A DNA stretch of 64,000 nt from Psammoneis japonica (Eukaryota), in NCBI GenBank assembly GCA_008632985.1, contig QPGO01000005.1, positions 124,001 to 188,000 on the forward strand, written 5' to 3'. Shown here one piece after another: positions 36,601-47,725 of this stretch. Under the pieces are notes generated by a model. The model did not search any database. It saw nothing but the letters and a program-made list of their open reading frames with translations, and had not been told where the DNA came from. A program made the translations under genes and the position numbers. Positions within the stretch are counted from its first letter, which is position 1. Every line of letters begins with the position of its first letter.

Positions 36601-38315
36601 CAACATGCAAGGGAATTGCCTGCCATTGTCACAGAGTTCTCAATGTCACCAATTTTTTCTCTGAGGAACCCTTGATCTCATCCTCCTGGGAACCCGGTTC
36701 ACCAGAATTGCACATGACTAGAAAGCTGTTGATGAACATGTGCCACTCCTTTTGGGCATTGACATGGCAAAAAAATCTGCATGAACTGACAATCCATGTC
36801 CTTGGGTTTACACTGGATGTGACGCATGACAATGTTGGTGACAAAACATGCACTGTGAAGGTTGTGGGCTTGGTCGTTGATCAATGCTTGGAAATTTTTG
36901 CACTGCAAAAAACGGAAACAACAAGGCTCGCCAGAGACAGGATCATTCAGGTCATTGCTGGTGATGATTGCATGCTCCTTGATGTTGTGGTGAAGCAACA
37001 TGCGGTGACCCTCTTTTTTTCTGTCTCTGCAGGCATTTTGGAGAAACAGAGAGCTTCCTCCAAATTCCGATGTTGAAGAACATCATGTTCACCTTTCAGT
37101 GCCCAGGATTTCTGCATGGACCAACCACAAGTCATGATGCAGGACCAAATGTCAGGGCATCCAAGAGTTTTCCTGACAATGTCACTGGTGCGGATGACTT
37201 CTGCGACATGTGGAATGCAACAACACTTTGGCTTGTGACAAAGGAAGGGAAGGGCAAGGAAGTCTGGAGAGGAGGACCAATTTGTTGTCTCTAAAAACTG
37301 CTTTTTGCATGCATGCACTGAAGTTGTGCTTTTGAGCTTGGGTCCAAAGAGCTCCATTCCAAAACCCATTGGTGAAACATTCCATTTCATCAAAATCACA
37401 CTCATTGGGAAACTGGAAGGAAGGGTCGGGGTTGACCTCGTCGTGGGACTGGGCAAAGTCGTTGACCACCATTGCCAGCAGTCAGTTGTAATTCATGCAG
37501 AATGCACATGAATCACAACAGCACATGCTCCAGTCAAATGAAATTTGGGGAGAGGATGTGCAGTCATGAAACAGGTGGACAATCATGCGTGCAGAACATG
37601 TGCTAAAAATTGGGCAAGGAGCCACGCACTGAAATTCTGGTGGAAAGTGCGGAAGAACAATGAGGCAAGTGCGCATGGGGGATGACTTGGGCATGGAGGG
37701 GATGCCAGAAACCACAGTGGTGCATGTGCAGGGGTGGAGCCAGTGAAAACCACTTTCAAAGAGAACACATCAAAAGAAATGCGGCAATGTCATCAAAACG
37801 AAACGTTTTTTGACATTGAAGAAAAGGTGCACGTGGACCAAATTTGTAAAAACATTGAAAAAAAGCAACAAGAGATGTTGTGAAACACTTGAAACAAATG
37901 CAATGTTCAAACCACTTTGAAGTGCAAAAGCCACAAAACAAAGACAAACTCGCATGACATTCAATGCAACAAATCGGACAAAGGGAAGAGTGAGCACGGC
38001 TGCATTGTGGCCTCTGATGGATGAGACTTCAGCTCTCATGGTCTGTGTTTTTCAAAAATGACATGGCTGGAGAAGCCAAAAGCTGCAGCTGCCAGAGCAA
38101 CACATGATCTTGCCCTGACAAGAAAGAGAAAAACGTGCTGGCGCTTTTGTGCACTCTGAGCTGCCACGAGAAGAACATGCGCGAGCACAGCTGTTTGGAG
38201 AAGGACACACAATCTTTTGGAAATTGGAAAGCACTAACATTCTACTTTTTTTTTAAGCAGAGCTCAGAAAGACACACCTGCTCAACCATTGGTTGCAAGT
38301 GCAGAACAATGCTCT
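30620..38315. mobile_element. TpA- and CpG-depleted block 2; degenerate element(s) of undetermined class
   Basis: Manual count 1 TA and 3 CG in 31801-32400; fragmented Tyr-free ORFs; sharp return to normal composition at both ends. Confidence 0.75.
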
Positions 38316-38646
38316 AACATTGAGTCCCGTCGCTCAAAGTTGTCAATCGGTGGCGCTTTTCCGAGAAACGTGATTGGTTCAAAAGCCATCAAATAACGGC
38401 AATAACGGCAGCACATCCTCCTTCTTGCACGTCTCCCGCGCGACCCACCATGGCATGCCCATGCCACCCAAAAAGTTCGTCGTCTTCTTGATTGAGTGTA
38501 TCGTTGCTTCGTTGCAATCCGGTAACTACACATAGAGGGTATCGCAGCGTTGCACTCGTATCACCAACAAGAACAAGTGCATTCAGCCGGAATCTCAGCA
38601 TCACTCTCTTGACAAATACCGGTACCGCTCTTCCACAAGATTCAAC

Positions 38647-40362
38647 ATGGCAGGCCCTTCTTCTTCGTCTTCTTTATGGAACACTCCATCTCAGGCTCAC
38701 TTGAACAAATACAACCTCGTACCTTATCCCAAGGACTTTGAACCCACAGAGCAGGAAAAGGCAGTCATGGCCATGTACGAAGAAGTCAAAATGTATGAGA
38801 AAGAAGCAGCTCGGATTGCAGAACAAGCGGCTCGGGACAAACTCGCCGAAGCGGATGCAAAGTACAAGCAGTCGCTGGAGGAAGCAAACACGGCCAATTC
38901 GAAGCGAATGGGAGAGAAAACGAAAAAGACGTCTAGGAAACGAAAGCGTAAGCCACAGCCTGATACTATTACTGGGAACGATCTTCATGAGTCTGAGGAG
39001 GAGAGTGAATCTGAAGAGGAAGAGGAGGATCTATATGAACTACGCGAAGCGAAGTTGGCTGAAATGCGTGAAGAACTGCAAGAAGCTAAAGTTTCTGAGG
39101 AAGAAAAGCAGCTCGCCAAGGAGGAAGCCTTACGTGATGAGCACCTGGCTGTCAATGAAAAGGATGACATCGGATCTATCACACTGAAGCGGAAGAAGCC
39201 TGATCTTTCTGCGGCATCACTGGATAACGAGAAGTCCTCTCTCATTGCCAATCTCAGTGCTCAGCAGACACCGCCCCACGACTTTTCCAAAAATCTTGAC
39301 TTGAAAAAGCATAAAGGGAAGGTTGTATTCCCCGAATCCTTGGCTCAGGATACTGCTGCTATTCCAGCCAAGTGGTCTCCGCCGGAAGATGCTAGCCATC
39401 CGAACGAGAATGCCAAAATCATTCAACTGGAGGACTTTGATGCATCTCTAGCGGCTCGCGGTAAGGGGAACAACACGATTGCTATCAAGTTTATGTCCCC
39501 GAACGACTCGAATCGATTCAGCATCAATATTTGCAACCCGCAACACAACGATTTTATGGATGTGCTGTTTCACTTTAATCCTCGTCACTTTGAACGTGGC
39601 GGCCAAGTGGTTGTAAATGACAAACAGGACGGAATTTGGGGCCGGGGTATTAATGTTCCTCTTTCACAGGTGCCTTTAATATTTGGTCAAACTTCTTGCA
39701 CAATGGTCATTCAAATCAATGGCGAGGGTTTTGATGTCTTTCTCGAGCACCAGCATGTTGCTCGTCTTGAACACCGGACAGAATTACCTCCGAAAGCCGG
39801 CCCGCTCATTCTTCAGTTTCCAAGTACAGATGACTATGGAGCGCCGGAGAATTGGACAGTCTATAAGGTGCGTATGATAACCATGTTTTGCACTGGTCTA
39901 CCGGTACGCTTTTGCTTGCAGGTATTTTCTAGTTTCTAAAGTATTGTTGTTTTGTCGATCTAGGTGTGGTGGGGTCACAAACATATCATGGCATCAGGTG
40001 ACCTATCAGGTGTAGCAGGCGTGAATATCTTCAATACAATGCACCCCAGGAAACTATTCATCAGCGGATTACCACGAATCTCGACAGAGCAAGAGGTCGA
40101 TCTGCGACGAGCCGAGTTGGAACGAGCTTTTCGAAAATATGGCGGAGATCGTGGAGTTATATGTACAGTTCCTACGAATGTTACCTTTGCGTTTGTAGAG
40201 ATGGACACAGAACGACAAGCCGATCTGGCGCTAACGGAAATGGCAGATCAATACCGAATGAACCGTGCCTACCGCTCCCGATACGAAGCCTTGCAAGAAG
40301 AACGCGCTGCAGCTGAAGCTGCGGAACAGGGCCAATCACAAGAAAGTAGTGAATGGGATTAG
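38647..40362 (+). CDS. Coiled-coil + galectin-like domain + RRM protein (intron 39868-39963)
   Basis: VLFHFNPRH...VVVND...WG galectin signature; KLFISGL (RNP2) and TFAFVEM (RNP1); basic RKRKRK stretch. Confidence 0.85.
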
Positions 40363-40576
40363 AAGATGACACTACAAATTAGAATCTTTTAGGAAGACTA
40401 CCTTTACGATGTCCGTTTCAAAGCTTCGCGCCGTTTCGTCGATCGTCTCAACCACGTCTCAAAAAGCCGCCTCAGTAATGTTTCTACGTATTTCTACGGG
40501 AAAGCTCATTACCTACTATTGTCGCGCGAACACCTTCCATCAAGCCGCATGCTCACAAAATTCACTCCGACAAAAA

Positions 40577-42011
40577 ATGAGGTGGTCATCGGCAGCAGCT
40601 GCATTGGCAGCGTCCTTGTTGACATCATGCAACTCTTTCGCACCACTACCATCAATGAGACCACATGGAATACTGAAATCCAATATTCCGTTACAAATGT
40701 CGGCGACATCAGAAACAAAAAAAGCGCGACCACTGGGAAAGCCTGGAACTGCCGAGCTCGACGTTCCTTGGTCGGAGCTGGGATTCGAATTCCGTCCTAC
40801 CAATAGCCACGTACGTCTGACATGGAAGGACGGGGAATGGGGCGAACCGGAACTCGTCAAGGTGAGAAAATTTCAAACGCACCCACGACACACCTCCTTT
40901 TTTTTTTCCCTCCGAGGAGCTACACTCTCGTTTTTTTTTCACTAACCACTTCTTTCATGCTTTCAATTTTCTTAGGAATCGTACATTAACCTTCATATCG
41001 GAGCCACCGCACTTCATTATGGTCAGTCTTGCTTTGAGGGTCTCAAGGCCTTTGCCCATGAAGACGGAGGAGTCTACGTATTTCGCCCAGATGAAAATGC
41101 CAAGAGGTAAGAACCCAAGGACGAATCGTTCCTCTTGTTATGAGTTACCAATGAAACTTGCACTTGCCTTATACTTTTCTTGTGTTGTACACTGTTTTTA
41201 TTTTGTTTTCAGAATGCAGAGCAGTTGTGAGCGCACAATGATGCCGCCATTGCCCACAGAAAAGTTCATTGAGGCCGTGAATGAAGCTGTCCGTGATAAT
41301 ATTGAATATGTGCCTCCTTATGGATCTGGCGGTGCGCTTTACATCAGACCTCTTCTCTTTGGTTCGGGACCTCGCATTGGATTGCAACCAGCTGACGAGT
41401 ACCAATTTCTAGTCATGGTGATACCCGTTGGGGACTACTACAAGGGCGGCCTTGCGAGCCCTGTTGATGGGATTTTGATTGAAGACTTTGATCGAGCGGC
41501 ACCTCGTGGTGTCGGTAATGTAAAGGTTGCTGGTAACTATGCCGCAGACCTGTTGCCGAATATGCTTTCAAAGAAAAAGGGCTTCCCCATTGGACTCTAC
41601 TTGGATGCCAAGACACAAACAATGGTGGAAGAGTTTAGTACTAGCAACTTTGTGGGAGTCAACAACAAGGACAATACTTATGTGACACCAAAGTCTGGAT
41701 CCGTGTTGCCATCCATCACAAACAAGTCGCTCATGACGATCGCTGCTGATGAAGGCTTAAAGGTGGAGGAGCGAGATATTCCTGTGGAAGAACTCAGTAC
41801 ATTTGACGAAGTTCTTGCAATCGGAACGGCCGTCGTCGTGACACCTGTGGGGAGCATAACTCGATTCGGTGAGGATGGAGAAAGCACCAAGTATGAGTTT
41901 GGAGACAGCGACAAAGTCGGCGAAACAACACGGCGCCTGTACGATAAGGTGAGGGCTATTCAGAACGGCGAAGCGGAAGACAAGTACAACTGGAACTACA
42001 AGGTGTATTAA
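40577..42011 (+). CDS. ilvE: Branched-chain amino acid aminotransferase, plastid-type presequence (introns 40862-40975, 41107-41212)
   Basis: [47 protein letters not shown]-terminus ...CNSFAP. Confidence 0.95.
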
Positions 42012-42087
42012 AATAACAAGACCAATGAGCTTACATGGGACTTGATCTTCGTTCACTCTGTTTCGGACCTGCCGCTGGACATAAATT

Positions 42088-43104
42088 TCAACTCTGTGTT
42101 GATCTTCGATCGTGCAACGCCTCCAACGTGTCTTTTGTAAAGGTGAAGCAGGCAAATGAAAGTCCGGTGCCAACCATATTTTTCAGCACAGACGGTGCAA
42201 GGCCATTGTAGAGGCTTCTTACACCTTCTTCCCGCGCCATGGTGATGAGGCAATCCAGGGTTCCTTTGTAGTTTGTCCCTGATATAAATGCTGCTTGAGC
42301 TTGCAGACGCTTCTTTACCGTATCCAACGGGTATATCAGAAGTTTACTCACTCCTCCAGATACTATTCCTGCCAAGCCAGAACTTCCGAAACCATGTTTA
42401 TGCCACCTATTCATCAACTCGTCGTGAATCAAAAAGTTAAGGCCCATATATGGTATTATTTGAATAACCGCCGGTGTGCTTCCGGCAAAGAAACCTCGAA
42501 TGCCTTGTGTTCTATGCATGTTCAGGGCGAATTCGTAAATGGACTTTGGGGGGCGAAAGGAAGAATCGGTTCGTACCCCTTGCGCTGCAAAAATGGTACG
42601 GCAAATATCGAACGGATAAGTGGCAATCGTCGCACCTACGCCCGCAGTTGCCCCCGACACAAACGAAACTGCCATGTCATGGGATCCGAGTGCTTGAATC
42701 ACAGTCAGATTGGAATCTGACATTGTCAGGAAATCGCGAGTCGATGTGTACAAGGAAAATTGAACAGCCGAGTACCCAATCCACAAATATGTCGCAGCCA
42801 CGTTTCCTCGAAACAACGACGGTATCCCTCCCTCCGATCTAGCAATGCGGAGCAGCGATGAAACTATGGATTCTGGCTTTTGTTGGCTGGTGGGAGCGGC
42901 TAGTTGTCTCCGAATACGAAGCAAATCCAGAGGCGCAGTTACAATACGAGCGGCTCCTCCAGCTGTTGCTCCAGCTACAGCGCTATGCCAACGTGGGTAG
43001 GTGCTTGGACTGTGTTTGTCGACTGTGGTGGGCTTGTGCGTTGCAAGCTCTTTGTTGGAGGGAGAAGCGCCCAAACTCGATGATTTCACCATTTCTGCTG
43101 ACAT
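42088..43104 (-). CDS. Mitochondrial carrier family protein (thiamine-pyrophosphate-carrier-like)
   Basis: Three Px[DE]xx[KR] motifs (PLDLLR, PFDICR, PLDTVK); FRGNVAATYLWIGYSAVQF. Confidence 0.9.
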   Translation of the reverse strand: MSAEMVKSSSLGASPSNKELATHKPTTVDKHSPSTYPRWHSAVAGATAGGAARIVTAPLDLLRIRRQLAAPTSQQKPESIVSSLLRIARSEGGIPSLFRGNVAATYLWIGYSAVQFSLYTSTRDFLTMSDSNLTVIQALGSHDMAVSFVSGATAGVGATIATYPFDICRTIFAAQGVRTDSSFRPPKSIYEFALNMHRTQGIRGFFAGSTPAVIQIIPYMGLNFLIHDELMNRWHKHGFGSSGLAGIVSGGVSKLLIYPLDTVKKRLQAQAAFISGTNYKGTLDCLITMAREEGVRSLYNGLAPSVLKNMVGTGLSFACFTFTKDTLEALHDRRSTQS

Positions 43105-43670
43105 TGTACGTTATTCCGTTTTGGAACTTTTACTACGAAAGGGAATAGTACTCTCGCTTCTCGCTGCAACAACGTTTATGTATCCGTAGAAGCAACGCAA
43201 TGAGTTTTGATGTGAGAATAAATGACTGGCAGCTTGCAGCCGGCAGCAAGAAACTGCCAAACAACTGAAAATGCGGCGCATGCCGACGACGATACAGCCC
43301 TATCTTTCACTCTAACGAAAGTTATGATATACATAAACTAATTTATTCTAATTAATCAAAACGATAGAGAGTGACTTTATTTCAGGGTTTCCTGGTTTTG
43401 ACCTCTCTGACTCTCTAGCTACTAGATCATACTGTAGCAAGCTGACAAGAAAAATGCATAGGTATGAGTCGCTTCAAAACCATAGCTTCCCAATCAACGC
43501 AGAGTGGATCAACCCTAGAAGAGAATAGCATAGCTCTATTTCTATTCTTTTTACGGACCAGTGCTCTCTCCCTCTAGAGAGGGGATTTCGAACCTCGTCC
43601 CTCTAGAGAGCGTAGCTACAGTAAGAGCGTAACTTGCGCGGTTGGCAAAACAATTGACCAAATAACGGGA

Positions 43671-44772
43671 TCATGAATGTGATGCCATGAATTCATCAAA
43701 TGATGGAAATTGAGGGGACCAACTTAGTGCCTCGTTTGTCACGGAACCATCGTACACTTTACCCATTGGATCACTGTCGCCGCCTTTGAATGCGGGCATG
43801 GGTTTGCCTGAAAACATTTAGCCTTTAGCGCACTTTCACAAATCCCTAGTCTTGTGGTGGGATTACCGTCACTCACTAGAAAGATTTTGGATTTGACAAC
43901 CGACGGCCCTGCACGAAGAGCAGCCAAGCAAGATGATGCGGCATCATCGTAATGAAGTAGATTGACAATACCGTCAGGACGACCAGCGATTTCCTTTCCT
44001 TCTTGCTTTAGCCAATATCCGTGAGCGCCACGTTCCAACGTATACAAGCCAGCCAAGCGAATACAACATCCGCCATTTTCAAGACAAATACCTTCGGCCT
44101 TGACAAGTCGACCAACACGTGGATTCGTTTCTAAATCTGCGGTAGGGGAAGACTCATTCACAACCCCTCCACCTTGAGCATTGCCGTAGCTGAGACAAGA
44201 TTGTAATAAGACGGTGTAAGAAAGCTTCAAATCAAATCTGTCTTTGTTTCTCAACAAGAAATGGACTTACATGCCCCCACTAGACGTAAAAACAAACGCT
44301 CCACCGTCCTTTTGTCCCGCCCACACTTTGGTAATTGCGTCCTGCACTGCGGCGGGATAGTCGTCAAAGCCAGAAGGAGGAGCACAAAAGACAACGTCCT
44401 TGAATTTTCGACCTCCTAAATCTTCTGCAGTTGTGACTTGAAATCTATTACTCCTCCCGACTTGATCCAAGATGCTTTCGTGGCGATTTGTTGTCTTGGT
44501 GATACCAACCACTGGAAACAAAAAATGGTGCGCAAGTATTTTAGAGGAAAAATTAAATTTGGGTCATTCCAACTTCAAAACTCACCATTCCTTGAACTGA
44601 AATCAGATGCCTCAAGAATCTGTTTGCAGAGACTTGTGCCTAGGACGCCGCAACCAATCACAGCGACATCGATGATGCTTGACTGCTAGAAGCCAGTGCC
44701 ATGGAGGGACACGATAGGCTAAACAGCAAGACCAACACCAGAAAAATGACAAACCTGCTCTACTATCAACAT
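43671..44772 (-). CDS. Atypical SDR / NAD-dependent epimerase-like protein (introns, apparent frameshifts; start approximate)
   Basis: VAVIGCGVLG, VVFCAPPS, FVFTSSG, IRLAGLY, VNLLHYDDAA. Confidence 0.82.
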
Positions 44773-45184
44773 TCTTTATGTTCCTTCCGCAACAGCTACG
44801 TTCGTTGTAACTTCAATGTTCTGGTAGTTCAGCTTCAATGGTTTTGTTTGTGGACGTATCGTTGTCTCGTCTTTGATTTTTTGATTTCTCGCGGCATGCG
44901 TTTACATACTGTAGGGCCTATATTCTGTGGGCGGCTGTGTTGTATGTTGATTTATTCATTCATACGCGAATACGTATATACACACTTGCAGTACCTACAG
45001 CTCTGAATATCTGAATAGCACCCGACGTCACAATTTCGATCGGAGGCGACATCGACAATTGACAAATAATGGCCGATGGCCGATGGCCGATGATTTGTGC
45101 CTCCACCAACTACCCCTTTGTTATCACCGGTACTGGCTGTGATCTGTGATATCGGCTCTTATTTCAACTCAAGAGAAAGGTCCT

Positions 45185-47288
45185 ATGAGGATGAGTTGGA
45201 TACACCTAGTCACAGCACTGCTGACGGTGACCAACGTACTGGCGTTGAGTGCTCCTGCAACCATTCAATCGCAGTCCAGCGCTGAAACGCTCATCAAGAC
45301 ACCAGAAAAGATGATTATTGATCTAGGCAAACCATTTCGTGATACTGCGCCAGGCGAACTGAGCGTCGCTTCATACAATATTCTTTCTCCTACTCTTCAC
45401 GCCCTCTCACATCCATTTGATGGACGAGAAGAACACGAAGAAAAGACAGAAAAGAACGCGTTCCAATTGCGCTGCAAATGGCAAAGCATTTGAATGGTAC
45501 GTTGCTATCTGATTGTCTGAGGAATTCTATCACAGTTTTTTTTTTTACTCATGACGAACTGACAAGCATGCTTTTTCTTGAATTTTCTACTGATGCAGCT
45601 GATGTTTTGTGTTTGCAAGAAGTGGACGGAGCGCCAGAGCACTTGGAGGAGCTTGAGGCACTCTTGTCATCTCCAGAGGAGAACGCCAAAGGATACGACT
45701 CATACGTTTGGTCTCCTCTTCATCCAAATCGACAAGGTGACATTGTTGGCCTTTGTGTAGCATGGAGATCTGATCGTCATTCGGTAAGCAAGAACAGTGT
45801 ATTTGCGCTGACTACGTATTTGACGGGCTCTTGCCTCTTGGCTCACTCGTATTGTACAATCTTTTGTCGCTCATAGCTTGTATCTCGTCATCGATTCCGT
45901 AGAGGGCTTGTCGCACAATTGGAAGAGAACAATGGTGGTGCAACCTTTAGTGTTGCGAACCTCCACCTTCCAGCAAGACCTTCCGACATTTATGGCAGAC
46001 TCAGCTCGGTTGCTACCGCGTGTCGTCGAATTGAAGACAACCGTGTATCTTCGTCTGGAACACCACTGGACGGCGCTGCAGTCATGGTGGGCGATTTCAA
46101 CTGCAATACGGACTCGAGTGCAATCCAATTGTTAAAGAATGGTCTCGTACATCCCGGAATTCTGTTTGAACGGAATTACCGACACAAGCTGACAAAGACT
46201 CGTGCCTACCAGCTTCGACACGGAATGAAATTCCTTGACGCGTATGGGAGTGGCACTAGAAAAGCCGTTGCCTCGATAACGGTTTCCCTACATGGCCGCG
46301 GACCCGGATCAATGGATCATGTTTTATACATGCCTGGAAAATGGGGCAACACCAGAAAACGCAAAGGCCGATTGGAACTGAACAAAGAGGACAGAATATT
46401 GGCATCTTTTCTTGGCAGTGGTGGGAGGCGTAGTCGAAGACGACGTCGTGTGCAAGACAAAAAGACGTTTCGCGTTGACTCGGAGCCGCCAGCCCTGCTA
46501 AAACCTGAAGCCGTGTTGCGACTCTTGACCCAAACGACAATGAGAGAACATCCATCATTGCGTCTGGCCTGCCTCGAGTAGAGCACGGCTTTCCATCAGA
46601 TCACTTGCCAGTGGGAGTGTTGCTTTCGCCATGTGAAATCGAAGAGCCAACCCGAAATGTACAAAAGTCTGTCAACGGAGAGCAAATCAACGGAGAACAG
46701 AAAGGAGAAGTAGCAAACTCTGTCTCTGATCCCATTTCACCCATCAAACGCGGAGACGCTCACACAGTGCGTCAGAGACACAATGCTCTAGCTAGAGCAA
46801 TATCCGGTTGGTTAGTTCAACGCGGTGCAATTGACTTCATCAAGGATGAGCCTCTCTATATGTGGAAGTGGGTCGAAGGGTTGGACTATATAAAGAAAAA
46901 GATGAGAGCTCCGGATATTTGCTGTATCATACCAGCAAATGAATCTCCGAATGTTGTCACTGGTGGTACATTGCTCATGGTGGAAGTCACCGTTGCCACA
47001 CGACCAGCGATTGTCCGCAAGCAGAAGCAAAAGAAATATCATGACCTGGCTCCGACCCTCCTTTCCTCCCCAATGGTTCGAGACCAAGGTCTTTCTGTTC
47101 CTTCTCCTTCTGTAATCGTTGTTTCTGACAATGGGGGACTTCCTCTGGAGACAATAAAGACGTTAGAGTACTTGGCTTCACTGACAAGCGACTCCATGAG
47201 TACAGAAGCGGATGACCACAATGCGGCAAAAAGTCTTGGTGACGAGCTAATTCGGATACGAAACCATTGGACTCCCATTGTTTCATAG
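45185..47288 (+). CDS. EEP (CCR4/PDE12-like) phosphoesterase with C-terminal PD-(D/E)xK RLE-like domain (introns ~45497-45597, ~45784-45875; apparent frameshifts)
   Basis: SYNIL, LCLQEVD, NLHL, GDFN, DHVLY, FPSDHLP; tail RHN...RAPD...VEVTV...KQKKY. Confidence 0.82.
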
Positions 47289-47725
47289 GAGGCTTGACGG
47301 TGTTGCTTTGATCAGGCTGATGCAATACAGTCCGTACGGAACAAATACTTTCCTCCCAAATTTCCTTTCGAACCAAAATGTGAGCATCGAAAAGCCTGGG
47401 CGTGATGGAATGCGGATTCAGGAATTTGCATGTGTTTGATTGTTCTAAATAAATCGCACGGGGCAATCGTGTGGTTGTCCGCTGTCCAATCAAATCGCGC
47501 CATCGAAGCAAAAGGAAGAAAAAAGAGTGGCTACGAGGTTGATCACGTAGAAACGTGTAGAAATGATACGGGTTCATTCAAGCATTGCACCATAGTCCGA
47601 CCGATTTAACGGTCCTACGTATGTTTTGTACCAGTTGTACGTTGCGAACCCTGCCGCGAACCCCGCGCTGCACCCCAACGTTCACGCCGACAGCACAAAA
47701 CAGCACGTTTGCCGCCGCTACACCC

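Noticed and set aside
1..38315. Classical RIP or plain CpG methylation decay as the whole explanation of the composition
   Set aside because: RIP increases TpA. CpG decay cannot remove TpA, and CpG is still abundant where TpA is gone (13081-13680).
43561..43612. GGTTCGAAAT B-box-like sequence as a tRNA or SINE
   Set aside because: No cloverleaf or A-box; it is a spacer between two 13-bp direct repeats TCCCTCTAGAGAG (43569, 43598).
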